Shown: piece after piece, positions 12,030 to 24,947 of the stretch | Layout: every line of letters begins with the position of its first letter | Position numbering within the stretch: position 1 is the stretch's first letter | Assembly: GCF_963921235.1 (NCBI RefSeq) | Contig: NC_086097.1 | Location: forward strand, 105,092,001 to 105,156,000 | DNA length: 64,000 nucleotides | Direction of reading: 5' to 3' | Origin: Mobula hypostoma | Taxonomy: Eukaryota | Made by a program: the position numbers and the translations under genes | Notes under the pieces: generated by a model | Told to the model about the DNA's origin: nothing | The model's database searches: none | Seen by the model: only the letters and a program-made list of their open reading frames with translations

Positions 12030-15000
12030 TCTTGGGATTACTGCCTGTGCTATGTGACAGTGAGTATAGGAATAGAATGAGGTGGAGGATAAATGTGTGG
12101 CTGAGGGATTGGAGCAGAGGGAAGGGATTCAGATTTCTGGATCATTGGGACCTCTTCCGGGGTAGGTGTGACCTGTACAAAAAGGATGGGTTGCACTTGA
12201 ATCTGAGGGGGACCAATATCCTGGCGGGGTTGGTGTGCAAAGGCTATTGGGGAGAGTTTAAACTAGAATTGCTGGGGGGGTGGGAACCAAACTGAAGTGA
12301 CGGAGGAAAGGGAGGTTGGCTCACAAATAGAGAAAGCTTGGAGATAGTGCGAAAGGGAGGATAGGCAGCTGATAGAGAAGGGTCGCACTCAGAGACGGTT
12401 TGAGATGTGTCTATTTTAATGCAAGGAGTATTATGAACAAAGCGGATGAGCTTGGAGCGTGGATCAGCACTTGGAGCTATGATGGTGTGGCCATTACAGA
12501 GACTTGGATGGTTCAGGGGCATGAATGGCTACTTCAAGTGCGAGGCTTCAGATGTTTCAGAAAGGATAGGGAGGGAGGCAAAAGAGGTGGGGGCGTGGCA
12601 CTATTGATCAGAAATAGTGTTACAGCTGCAGAAAAGGAGGAAGTAATGGAGGGGTTGTCTATGGAATCTCTGTGGGTGGAAGTTAGGAATAGGAAGGGGT
12701 CAATAACTCTAGTGGGTGTTTTTTATAGACCACCCAGTAGTAACAGGGACATTGAGGAGCAGATAGGGAGATAGATTCTGGAAAGGAGTAATAATAACAG
12801 GATTGTTGTGGTGGGAGATTTTAATTTCCCAAATATTGATTGGCATCTCCCTAGACTGAGGGGTTCAGATGGGGTAGAATTTGTTATATGTGCTCAGGAA
12901 GGTTTCTTGACACAATATGTAGATAAGCCTACAAGAGAAGAGGCTGTACTTGATCTGGTATTGGGAAATGAACCTGGTCAGATGTCAGGTCTCTCAGTGG
13001 GAGAGCATTTTGGAGATAGTCATCACAATTCTATCTCCTTTACATGGCATTGGAGAGGGATAGGAACAGACAAGTTAGGGAAATGTCTAACTGGAGTAAG
13101 GGGAAATATGAGGCTATCCGGCAGAAACTTGGAAACATAAATTGGAAACAGATGTTCTCAGGGAAACATACAGAAAAAATGTGGCAAATGTTCAGGGGAT
13201 ATTTGTGTGCGGTTCTGCGTAAATACGTTACAATGAGACAGGGAAAGAATGGTAGAGTACAGGAACCATGTTGTACAAAGGCTGTTGTAAATCCAGTGAA
13301 GAAGAAAAGAACAGCTCACGAAAGATTCAAAAAACTAGGTAATGATAGAGATCTAGAAAATTATAAGGCTAGCAGGAAGGAGCTTAAGAATGAAATTAGG
13401 AGAGCCAGAAGGAGCCATGAGAAGGCCTTGGCAGACAGGAATAAAGAAAACCCCAAGGCATTCTACAAGTATGTGAAGAGCAAGAGGATAAGATCTAAGA
13501 GAATATCAATCAAGTGTGACAGTGGAAAAGTGTGTATGGAACCAGAGGAGATGGCAGAGGTACTTAATGAATACTTTGCTTCAGTATTCACTACGGAAAA
13601 GGATCTTGGCAATTGTAGGATCTTGCAGTGGACTGAAAAGCTTGAGCCTGTAGATATTAAGGAAGAGGATGTGCTGGAGCTTTTGGAAAGCATCAAGTTG
13701 GATAAGTCACCGGGACCCGATGGGATGTACCCCAGGCTACTGTGGGAAGTGAGGGAGGAGATTGCTGAGCTCTGGCGATGATCTTTGCATCATCAATGAG
13801 GACGGGGGAGGTTGTGGAGGATTGGAGGGTTGCGGATGTTGTCCCCTTATTCAAGAAAGGGAATAGGGATAGCCCAGGAAATTATAGGCCATTGAGTCTT
13901 ACTTCAGTGGTTGGTAAGTTGATGGAGAAGATCCAGAAAGGCAGGATTTATGAACATTTGGAGAGGCATAATATGATTAGGAATAGTCAGCATGGCTTTG
14001 TCAAAGGCAGGTCATGCCTTACGAGCCTAATTGAATTTTTTGAGGATGTGACTAAACACATTGATAAAGGTAGAGCTGTAGATGTAGTGTATATGGATTT
14101 TAGCGAGGCATTTGATAAGGTACCCCATGCAAGGCTTATTCAGAAAGTAAGGAGGTATGGGATCGAAGGGGACATTGCTTTGTGGATCCTGAACCAGTTT
14201 GCCCACAGAAGGCAAAGAGTGGTTGTAGATGGGTCATTTTCTGCATAGAGATAAATGACCGGGATGAAGAAGTGAAGGGATGGGTAGTAAATTTGCTGAT
14301 GACACAAAGTTTGGGCGTGTTGTGAATAGTGTGGAGGGCTGTCACAGGTTTCAGCGGGACAATTATAGGATGCAAAACTGGGCTGAGAAGTGTCAGGTGG
14401 AGTTCAAGCCAGATAAGTGTGAGGCAGTTCATTTTGGTAGGTCAAATATGATGGCAGAATATAGCATTAAAGGCAAGACTCTTGGAGGATCAGAGGGATC
14501 TTGGGGTCCAAGTCCATAGGACACTCAAAACTGCTATGCAGGTTGACTCTGTGGTTAAGAAGACATACAGTGCATTGGCCTTCATTAATTGTGGGATTGA
14601 GTTAAGAGCCAAGAGGTAATGTTGCAGCTCTATAGGACCCTGGTCAGACCCCACTTGGAGTACTGTGCTCAATTCTGGTTGCCTCACTACAGGAAGGATG
14701 TGGAAACTATAGAAAGGGTGCAGAGAAGATTTACAAGGATGTTGCCTGGATTGGGGAGCATGCCTTATGAGAATAGGATGAGTAAACTCGGCATTTTCTC
14801 TTTGGAGCAATGGAGGATGAGAGGTGACCTGATAGAGGTGTACAAGATAATGAGAGGCATTGATCGTGTGGATCATCAGACGTTTTTTTTCCCAGGTCTG
14901 AAATGGTTAGCACGAGAGGGCATAGTTTTAAGATGCTTGGAAGCAGGTACAGAAGAGATGTAGAGGGTAAGTTTTTCACACAGAGAGTGTTGAATGCGAA

Positions 15001-15188
15001 GAATGGGCTGCCGGCAGTGGTGATGAAGGCAGAAGCGATTGGGTCTTTTAAGAGACTCCTGGATGGATACATGGAGCTTAAAAAAATAGAGGGCTATGGG
15101 TAAACCTAGGTAGTTCTAAGGTAAGGACATGTTCGGCACAGCTTTGTGGGCCGAAGGGCCTGTATTGTGCTGTAGGTTTTCTATGTTT
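12030..15188 (+). mobile_element. Long CR1: ORF1 C-terminus, ORF2 (APE + RT, frameshifted), 3'UTR and tail
   Basis: DGLHLN, YFNARSI, AITETW, GDFNFP, NYRPLSLTS, QHGFVKGRSC, FADDTK motifs; ends TTTCTATGTTTC. Confidence 0.92.
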
Positions 15189-15189
15189 C

Positions 15190-15905
15190 CAAGCTACTCT
15201 AAAAAGCCATCTTATAGGCATTCAACAAATTCCCTCTCTTGTAATCTGACACCAACCTTATTTTCCCAATCTCCTTGCATATTGAAGTCCCCCATTACAA
15301 TACTGACATTACCCTTATTACATGTCTTTTCCAGCTCCCTTTGCAATCTCAACCCCACATCTTAGCTACTATTTGGAGGCCTATATATGATTCCCATATT
15401 GCTTTTTTGACCCTTGCAGTTTCTTAACTCCACCCACAAAGATTCAACAATCTCTGCCCCTGCATCACAACTTTCTAAAGGTGTAATTCCATCTCTTACC
15501 AACAGAGCCATACCACCACCTATGCCTTCCTGCCTGTCCTTTCAATACAAAGTATATTCTTTGATGTTAAGCTCCCAACTATGGCCTTCTTTCAGCCACG
15601 TCTCCGTGATGCCCACAGCATTATACTAACCAATCTCTGATTGCGCCACGAGTTCGTCCACCTTATTCCAAATGCTATGTGCATTTAAATACAGCACCTT
15701 CAGTCCTGCATTCTTTGCCCTTTTGAATTTTGCCTCTATGATACAACTTAACTCCTTGCTCTGTCTGCATTTGTCATCAATCATTGGCTTGTCCTTCCTT
15801 CCATTCATATTAGATATTACATCATCTACTGCTGGCTCATCCTCAGCTCTATCACACTGGTCCCATCCCTGTTCCAATTTAATTTAAACCACTCCCAAAG
15901 ACTCC
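15190..15905 (-). mobile_element. CR1 fragment (ORF1/ORF2 junction and APE)
   Basis: LKVLYLNAHSIWNKVDEL motif on the minus strand. Confidence 0.75.
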
Positions 15906-15914
15906 AGCAATTAT

Positions 15915-16630
15915 TGCTTTCCAGATGAAGCAATAATTTACTTGCACTGTTTCCAATCCAATGAACTGCATTCACTGTTCACAATATAGTCTCCACAATG
16001 GAGAAACAAAGCACAGATTGGGAGATTACTTTACGGAGTACCTGGCTTCAATCCATGATGTGACCCTGAGCTTCCTGTTGCCTGCCACCATAATTCTCCA
16101 TCCCATTCCCACTCTGACCTAACAGTCTGCAGTCTTCTGCACAGTTACAATGAGGAACAACACCTCATCTTCCATCTGGGCACATTACAGCCTTCTGGAC
16201 TAAATATTGAATTCTACAAATTCAGGTAACCTGATTTCTAGCCTACATCAGTTATCCATCTGATGGATTAGCTCAGTTTGTTGTTTTATCCCCACTTTTT
16301 CACTCTGGGTGTGTGGACTACTCACTTTTAAGCTCTGCATATCACAACTCCTACATTCTTCTATGTTCTCACTCTCTTAACTGATCCCATTCACTCATTA
16401 ACCAGATTAGTTTGTTTACAGCTTATCCCCAGAGCACCCCCTGTTCTACCCTCTCAGAGATATCTCCTCCCCCTCCTTTCCTGCAGCTCTACATGCTTCT
16501 TCTATCTTCTTTCCAACGCTGAAGAATAGTTGTCCTCCTGACCCTTTAAAACATCTCCCCTTCTCATGGATACCTGCTAAGTATTTCCAACATTGTCTGT
16601 TTTTGTTCAAGTTTTTCAGTACATGTAGTT
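15915..16630 (+). mobile_element. Decayed Penelope-like element: GIY-YIG endonuclease remnant + pLTR
   Basis: Translates to FQMKQ*FTCTVSNPMNCIHCSQ...GETKHRLGDYF...ELPVACHHNSPSHSHSD, resembling Penelope GIY-YIG. Followed by a pLTR-like tail. Confidence 0.7.
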
Positions 16631-16685
16631 CAGCTCTGGGATATTTGCTGCTGGTGTTTACTTGATCTCCTCTCTCTTCAACAAG

Positions 16686-16790
16686 CGTCTGGTGCACTTT
16701 ATCCTGGCAAACCGGCTGAACAGCTGTAGTTGGAAAGACAAGGTGCTGGCGTGCAGAATTCTCTCCTCCCTGCGTGGATCACTTAACACA
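16686..16790 (+). CDS. HEATR4: HEAT repeat-containing protein 4, internal exon A (RLVHFILANRLNSCSWKDKVLACRILSSLRGSLNT)
   Basis: Pyrimidine tract + AAG acceptor, 105 nt, GTAGGT donor, phase 0/0. Peptide resembles recalled HEATR4 'LNSCQWKDRIVACQALS'. Confidence 0.88.
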
Positions 16791-17079
16791 GTAGGTTTAA
16801 AGTTCATTAAAGGTTCTCTAAAGATTCCAGCCCCGTGTTTGTGAGTACATATTCACTATTTTGTGTTATCTCAGCCCTGAGCAAATGCATGAATGTCCTG
16901 TAATGCACAGTATAAATAAGCAAGTATAAGGGTAAAACAGTAGTATTTAGAGCTTTAATCTGCAGGCACACCGCTGAGAAAATTAGCAGCAAAAATATGA
17001 AGACTGAGTTACAGAATATTTTGGAGATGATTTCCTAAATGAGCAATTTGAGGGAACAGACTATTTTAAATCAGTGACA

Positions 17080-18050
17080 TAAGAGATTCTGCAGATGATG
17101 GAAATTTTGAGCAACACATAGAGGAACTAAGCTGGTCAGGCAACATCTATAGAGGGGAATAAATAGTCAATGTTTTGGGTCAAAAGGCTTGATCAGGACT
17201 GGGAAGAAAGGGGCAGAAGCCAAAATAAGAAAGTGGAAGGATTACAAGCTGAAGGGATAGTTGAGGACAGGTGAGGAGCAGAGTAGTTGGGTGACGAATG
17301 ATGTGATTGTAAAAAGCTGGCAGGTGGTAGGAAGATGAGGTTGTATAAGGCATTGGTGAGGCTGAATCTGGAGTACTGTGTTCAGTTTTGGTCATCAAAT
17401 TACAGGAAGGATTTTAATAAGGTTGAAAGAGTGCAGAAAAGGTTTACAAGGATGTTGCCGGGACTTGAGAAACTCAGTTACAGAGAAAGGTTGAATAGGT
17501 TAGGACTTTATTCCCTGGAGCGTAGAAGAATGAGGGGAGATTTGATAGAGGTATATAAAATTATGATGGGTATAGATAGAGTGAATGCAAGCAGGCTTTT
17601 TCCACTGAGGCAAGGGGAGAAAAAAACCAGAGGACATGGGTTAAGGGTGAGGGAGGAAAAGTTTAAAGGGAACATTACGGGGGGGCTTCTTCACACAGAG
17701 AGTGGTGGGAGTATGGAATGAGCTGCCAGATGAGGTGGTAAATGCGGGTTCTTTTTTAACATTTAAGAATAAATTGGACAGATACATGGATGGGAGGTGT
17801 ATGGAGGGGTATGGTCCATGTGCAGGTCAGTGGGACTCGGCAGAAAATGGTTCGGCACAGCCAAGAAGGGCCAAAAGGCCTGTTTCCGTGCTGTAGTTTC
17901 TATGGTTCTATGGTTTCTATGGCTGGAAAAAAGTGAATCTATAGGAGCCCATGGAATAAAGGGAAAGAAGATGTGAACCAAAGGGAGGTGATGGCAGGTG
18001 AGAAGGGAAGGTGTGAGAGGGTAACCAGGGTTGGGGAAGGGAAAAATGAA
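17080..18050 (-). mobile_element. Penelope-like pLTR/3' region interrupted by a young CR1
   Basis: TCTGCAGATG..GGAAA..GCAACACA and a degenerate hammerhead at ~17165-17200. The purine-rich body resumes after 17921. Confidence 0.65.
17335..17921 (+). mobile_element. Young 5'-truncated CR1 ((GGTTCTAT)n tail)
   Basis: ORF2 C-terminus (LEYCVQFWS...RMRGDLIEVYK); tail TTTCTATGGTTCTATGGTTTCTATGG. Confidence 0.9.
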
Positions 18051-18254
18051 AAAAAAAACAAAATTAAATTAAGTATTGTATTCTAAGATTCACAATCTAG
18101 AAGTTAAAGGCCCTTTGGGAAACACTCTACGGACATAAACTTCAGCCGTTTAATTGGAATTACTGTGATTTGATGGGATAGGTGAAAGTAGACTTGTTCA
18201 TACTCTATGATTAGAAACAGATTTGCTACCATGTACTCTGTTAGCTAAGTTAGC

Positions 18255-20110
18255 TCTGTTAAACTTATCACCTTTCACCCTTAACCCATGACCTCTAGTT
18301 GTAGTCTCACCAATTCTCAGTGGAAAAAGCCTGCTTGCATTTACCCTATCTATACCCCTCAAAATTTTGTGTACTATGATCAAGTCTCTCCCCTCAGTCT
18401 GATATATTCTAGGGAGTAAAGTCCTAATCTATTAACCTTTCCCTATAACTCGGGTCCTCAAGTCTCAAGACATCCTTATTAATTTTCTCTGCACTCTTTC
18501 AATTTTAATTTTTTTAAGTAGGTGACCAAAACTGCACACAGTACTCCAAATTAGGCCTCACCACTGTATTATACAGTTTCAACATACTGTCCCAACTCCC
18601 ATACTCAATGAAGGCCAACGTACCAAGAGCTTTCTTTACGACCTGATCTACCCGTGACGCCACTTTCAAGTAATTATTGACCTGTATTTGCAGATCCCTC
18701 TGTCCTACTGCAACTCCTCGGTGTCCTACTGCTCACTGTTTAAGACCTAGCCTGGTTGATTCTTCGAAAGTGCAACACCTCACATTTGTCTGCAATAAAT
18801 TCCAACTACCATTTTTCATCCCATTTTTCCAGCTGGTGCAGATCCCACCTCAACATCTGATGGTCTTCCTTGCTGTCCACTGCACCCCAATCCTGGCGTC
18901 ATTCGTAACTTTGCTGAAATATTTAAAAACTTCTCCAGCCAAGATGGCACCAGCAAACAACGATTCCATGGGCAAATCTTTCAGATAGCAAAACCATCCA
19001 ATTTCACTTTTTCTGCACCTTCTGCTTGCTCTTTTTGTCTTGTTTGTGTTATGGAAACTGTTGGAGTCTGTGCCTTACAGTTTGAATCTTGATTGAAGGA
19101 TCCAGTGCTATGCTGTGTCTGGAGAGCTGCCTCGTGGAGATCAGAGATGGGGAGGGCCTGATAAGATCTGAGGAAGATTGAAGCATTAAGGTGAATGAGG
19201 AATCAGTCAGCAATGACTCAGATGCAGTTCATCGTGTTCAGCCCTGGGTTATCGTTCAGACCCAGTTCGTCGTGTTCGGACTGGGGTGGGCAGGTTTGGC
19301 CCTGCAACAGTGGCATTAGGACCCGGGTTGGTGGTCACTGTTACAGGAGGACTGAGTTTGTGCAGCTGCTCTCCTCAAATGCAGTGCAAAAACATTTCCT
19401 ACATTCTGAGGTCTATGTGACTGTACACTATATTTTTTGGTGTTTTCTTTCTTGTGGTCGACTGGCAGGTGGGTGAGCTGTTAAATTTTTATGTGTAACA
19501 GTGGGGGGAGGTTGGGGATTCGGTTCTACTGTTGGTGTGGTTGTACTGTATATGCATATTTCGACAATAAAATGAACCTTTGACCCGGTTTACTACATTA
19601 TCATCCAGATTGTTGATATAGATGACAAACAACAACGGACCCAGCACTGATCCCTACAGCACATCAGTAGTCACGGACCTCTAGAGAGGCAACCATCTCC
19701 TACCACTCTCTGGCTTCCTTTGCAAAGCTAATGTCTAATCCAACTTACTATCTCATCTTGAATGCCAGTGACTGAACCTTCTTGACTAACCTCCCATGCG
19801 GGACCTTGTCAAGTGGCTTACGAAAGTCCATGAAGACAACATCCACTGCCTTGCCTTCAACATTCGTGGTAACTTCCTTGAAAAACTCTGGGTCCTTGTT
19901 TGGCTAGACACAACTTAACATGCACAAAGCCAAGCTGACTATCCCTAATCAATCCCTGTCTATCCAAATACTCATATACGTGGTCCCTTACAATAACGTT
20001 CCCATTACTAATGTCAGGCTCATAAGTTCCTGGGCTATTCTCAGAGCCTTTCTTAAACAATGGAACTTTAGCTATCCTCCAATCTTCTGGCACCTCATCC
20101 ATGGCTAAGG
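18255..20110 (-). mobile_element. Old CR1 RT region, split by an insertion at ~18918-19582
   Basis: PEDWRIAKV and LIRDSQLGF motifs; host sequence resumes across the insertion. Confidence 0.8.
18918..19582 (+). mobile_element. Non-autonomous SINE-like insertion (CAAGATGGC head, AATAAA..(TTGA) tail)
   Basis: Interrupts contiguous CR1 sequence and has no recognisable coding capacity. Head and tail resemble the 34720-35320 element. Confidence 0.55.
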
Positions 20111-20423
20111 TTCTGCAAAGGGAGTCCAGGGAGTTAGGTGCTAAGTTAAAGAACAGGACCTCCAGAGTTGTGATCTCAATTTGCTACTTGTGGCACATGA
20201 TAGCGAGGCCAGAACTAGGAAGATCATACAGTTTCATATGTGGCTGAGTAGTTGGTATAGGAAGGTGGGCATAAGATTTTTGGATCATTGGACTCTCTTC
20301 CAGGGACAGTTGGCAGCTGAACTGGAGGGGAACTAATATCCTGGTGGGAAGGTTTGTTAATGCTGCATGGTGCAGTTTAAAACAGAGTGGCAGGGGGATG
20401 GGAACCAGAGTGCCAGAGCAGCT

Positions 20424-22184
20424 AGAAACATAGAAAAGCTACAGCACAATACAGGCCCATTGGCCCACAATGCTGTGCCAAACATGTACTTACTTTAGAA
20501 ATTACCTAGGATTACCCACAGCCCTCTATTTTTCTAAGCTCCATGTACCTATCGAGAAGCCTCTTAAAAGACCCTATCGTTTCTGCCTTCACCACTGTCA
20601 CCAGCAGCCCATTCCATTCACTCACCACTCTCTGCATAAAAAACTTACCCCTGACATCTCCTCTGTACCTATGTCCAAGCACCTTAAAACTGTGCCCTCT
20701 TGTGTTAGCCATTTCAGTCCTGGGTAAAAGCTTCTGACTATCCACATGATCAATGCCTCTCATCATCTAATATGCCTCAATCAGGTCACCTCTCATCCTC
20801 CGTTGCTCCAAGGAGAAAAGGCCGCCAGTTCACTCTACCTGTTTTCATAAGGCATGTTCCCCAATCCAGGCAACATCCTTGTAAATCTCCTCTGCACCCT
20901 TTCCATAGTTTCCACATCCTTCCTGTAGTGAGGTGACCAGTACTGAGCACAGTACTCCAAGTGGGATCTGATCAAGGTCCTATATAGCTGTAACATTACC
21001 TCTCAGCTCTTGAACTCAATTCCACGGTTGATGAAGGTCAATACACCATATGACTTCTCAGCCCTGTTTTACATCCTATCGATGTTCTGCTGTAATCTCT
21101 GACAGCTCTCCACACTATCCACAACACCTCCAACCTTTGTGTCATCAGCAAATTCACTAACCCGTCCCTCCACTTCCTCATCCAGGTCATTTATAAAATT
21201 CACAAAGAGAAGGGGTCCCAGAACAGATCTGAAATCCATATACACTACATCTATTGCTCTACCTTCATCAATGTGTTTAGTCACATCCTCAAAAAATTCA
21301 GTCAGGCTAGTAAGGCATGACCTCCCTTTGACAAAGCCATCTAAACAGCTCACTCTAGGGAGATGCCAATTAATATTGGGGAAATTAAAATCTCCCAGCA
21401 CGACAACCCTGTTATTATAACATCTTTCCAGAATCTGTCTCCTTACCTGCTCCTCGATGTCCCCGTTACTATTGGGTAGTGTATAACAAACACCCAGTAG
21501 AGTTACTGACTCCTTCCTGTTCCTAACCTCCACGCACAGAGAATCAGTAGACAATCCCTCCATGACTTCCTCCTTTTCTGCAGCCGTGACTCTCTCTCTG
21601 ATCAACAGTGCCGCGCCCCCACCTCTTTTGCCTCCCTCCATGTCCTTTCAGAAACATCTAAAGCCTGGCACACTAAGTAGCCATCCCTGCCCGAGCCATC
21701 CAAGTCTCTGTAATAGCCACAACATCATAGCTCCAGGTGCTGATCCATGCTGAGCTCATCTGCTCTGTTCACAATGTTTCTTGCATTAAACCATCATCTG
21801 AGCGTATCCCTTCTCTGTCATCTGCCTATCTTCACACTGCCTACAAGCTTTCTCTATTTGTGAGCCAACCACCCCTTCCTCCGTCTCTTTAGTTCAGTTC
21901 CCATCCTCCAGCAATTCCAGTTTAAACTCTCCCCAATAGCCTTAGCAAACCTCCCTGCCAGGGTATTGATTCCCCTCAGATTCAAGTGCAACCTGTCCTT
22001 TTTGTACAGGTCACTCCTGCCCCAAAGGAGGTCCCAATGATCCAGAAATTTGAATCCCTGCCCCCTGCTACAATCCCTCAGCCACGCATTTATCCTCCAC
22101 CTCACTCTATTTCTATACTCACTGTCGCGTGGCACAGGCAGTAATCCTGAGAATACTACTTTTGAGGTCCTGCTTCTCAACTTC
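20424..22184 (-). mobile_element. CR1 with ORF1 end, APE, three internal deletions and 3' end; ORF1 resumes at 26529-26557
   Basis: ORFs 21854-22180 and 21069-21641. Host CTCAACTTC|CTTCCTAACTCCCTG is split by the 22185-26528 element. Confidence 0.85.
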
Positions 22185-23023
22185 GTTGTCGTGGTGGGAG
22201 ATCTTAATTTCCCAAATATTGATTGGCATGTCCCTAGAGCGAGGAGTTTAGATGGGGTGGAGTTTGTTAGGTGTGTTCAAGAAGTTTTCTTGACACAGTA
22301 TGTTGATCAGCCTACAAGAGGAGAGGCTATACTTATCGGGAAATGAACCTGGTCAGGTGTCAGATGTCAGTGGGAGAACATTTTGGAGTTAGTGATCACA
22401 ATTCTATCTCCTTTACCACAGCATTGGAAAGAGATTGGAACAGACAAGTTAGGAAAGCACTTCATTGGAGTAAGGGGCTATCAGGCAGGAGCTTGAAAGC
22501 ATAAATTGGGAACAGATGTTCTCAGGGAAATGTACGGAAGAAATATGGCAAATGTTCAGGGGATATTTGAGTGGAGTTCTACATATGTACGTTCCAATGA
22601 GACAGGGAAAGGATGGTAGGGTACAGGAACAGTGGTGTACAAAAGCTGTTGAAAACCTAGTGAAGAAGAAAAGAAGAGCTTACGAAAGGTTCAAAAGGCT
22701 AGGTAATGATAGAGATCAAGAAGATTATAAGGCTAGCAGGAAAGAGCTTAAGAAAGAAATTAGGAGAGTCAGAAGGGGCCATGAGAAAGTCTTGGTGGAC
22801 AGGATTAAGGAAAACCCCAAGGCATTCTACAAGTATGTGAACAGCAAGAGGATAAGATGTGAGAAAATAGGACCAATCAAGTGTGACAGTGGAAAAGTGT
22901 GTATAGAACCAGAGGAGATAGGAGAGGTAATTAATGAATACTTTGCTTCAGTATTCACTACAGAAAAGGATCTTGGTGATTGTGAGGATGACTTGCAGTG
23001 GACTGAAAAGCTTGAACATGTAG

Positions 23024-24947
23024 TGTACGGAGTCTTTCTTTTTTTGTATGTTAAATTTTAAATGGCTTCTTTGTTATGTTATACTGGGGAGTGCTTCTTT
23101 GTTATAGAATAGTACAGCACAGTACAGGCCCTTCGGCCCACAATGTTGTGCCGACCCTCAAATCCTGCCTCCCATATAAGCCCCACCTTAAATTCCTCCA
23201 TATACTTGTCTAGTAGTCTCTTAAACTTCACTAGTGTGTCTGCCTCCACCACTGACTCAGGCAGTACATTCCATGCACCAACCACTTGAGTAAAAAACCT
23301 TCCTCTAATATCCCCCTTGAACTTCCCACCCCTTACCTTAAAGCCATGTCCTCTTGTATCGAGCAGTGGTGCCCTGGGGAAGAGGCACTGGCTATCCACT
23401 CTATCTATTCCTCTTATTATCTTGTACACCTCTATCATGTCTCCTCTCATCCTCCTTCTCTCCAAAGAGTAAAACCCTAGCTCCCTTAATCTCTGATCAT
23501 AATGCATACGTTCTAAACCAGGCAGCATCCTGGTAAATCTCCTCTGTACCCTTTCCAATGTTTCCACATCCTTCCTATAGTGAGGTGACCAGAACTGGAC
23601 ACAGTACCCCAAGTGTGGCCTATCCAGAGTTTTACAGAGCTGCATCATTACATCGTGACTCTTAAACTCTATCCCTCGACTTATGAAAGCTAACACCCCA
23701 TAAGCTTTCTTAACTACCCTATCCACCTGTGAGGCAACTTTCAGGGATCTGTGGATGTGTACCCCGAGATCCCTCTGCTCCTCCACACTACCAAGTATCC
23801 TGTCGTTTACTTTGTATTCTGCCTTGGAGATTGTCTGTCCAAAGTGTACCACCTCACACTTCTCCGGGTTGAACTTTATCTGCCACTTCTCAGCCTACTT
23901 CTGCATCCTATCAATGTCTCTCTGCAATCTTTGACAATCCTCTACACTATCTACAACACCACCAACCTTTATGTCATCTGCAAACTTGCCAACCCACCCT
24001 TCTACCCCCACATCCAGGTCGTTAATAAAAATCACAAAAAGTAGATCTCCCAGAACAGATCCTTGTGGGACACCACCAGTCACAATCCTCCATTTTGAAT
24101 GTACTCCCTCCACCACCACCCTCTGCCTTCTGCAGGCAAGCCAATTCTGAATCCATCTGGCCAAACTTCCCTGGATCCCATGCCTTCTAACTTTCTGAAT
24201 AAGCCGACCCTGTGGAACCTTGTCAAATGCCTTACTAAAATCCATATAGGTCACATCCACTGCACTACCATCATCTATATGCCTGGTCATCTCTTCAAGG
24301 AACTCTATCAGGCTTGTTAGACACGATCTGCCCTTCACAACGACATGCTGACTGTCCCTGATCAGACCATGATTCTCTAAATGCCCAGAGATCCTATCTC
24401 TAAGAATCTTTTCCAACAGCTGGAATGCTGAGAAAGTCTCCAGCTAGACAGTTACTTGGGTTAATATAGACAGCAGGGTGCTATTAGCCAATGGGTATTC
24501 ATGTTATTGTTTTTTCGGGTGATAATGCTGTCTCATATGACTGTGGACGGGATTTTGGTGGGGAGTCGGAGGAGAGACGGGGAGGACAGTGGACGTGCGG
24601 AGAGGCTCCGGTCGATCACTTCAGGTGGTCCCGAGCCGTGAGTCAACAGGATTCATGTGGTCATCCGGAATCGATTGAGCTCCAACAGTTGCGCACGAAG
24701 AACTTGGACTTCGATAAGTCTTGGCGCCTTTTTGTTCATTACTTCCTTTTCTGTATTGAATTTATATTAATATCATAGAATTAGTAATATCTATAAAGTG
24801 TACTTGGTAAAACATACTGCATGTGCTGGCTGATGATTGATGTTTGGGATTGATTCGGGCAGCAACCGACTCCGTGGGAAGTGTTGAGGCAGGTGCTGGG
24901 TGGGATTTCCCCTAGACATATATGAGCCAATATAACTGAGCGTTACA
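23024..24947. mobile_element. Solo LTR (~0.6 kb, TG...CA), itself interrupted by a CR1 at ~23104-24421
   Basis: Termini TGTACG...CGTTACA form a short inverted repeat, with an imperfect short TSD (TAG/TAA). Non-coding; splits the CR1 host cleanly. Confidence 0.7.
23104..24421 (-). mobile_element. Young 5'-truncated CR1 (RT + 3'UTR)
   Basis: ORFs 23079-23852 and 23895-24416 (FADD), highly similar to the 52870-53585 region. Confidence 0.92.

Noticed and set aside
1..16685. Additional upstream HEATR4 exons
   Set aside because: No non-repeat segment with matching peptide and splice sites was recognised; a short exon could have been missed.
21854..22346. Twin-priming inversion of a single CR1 at 22184/22185
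   Set aside because: The minus-strand ORF1 resumes at 26529, showing that the + strand copy is a separate nested insertion.
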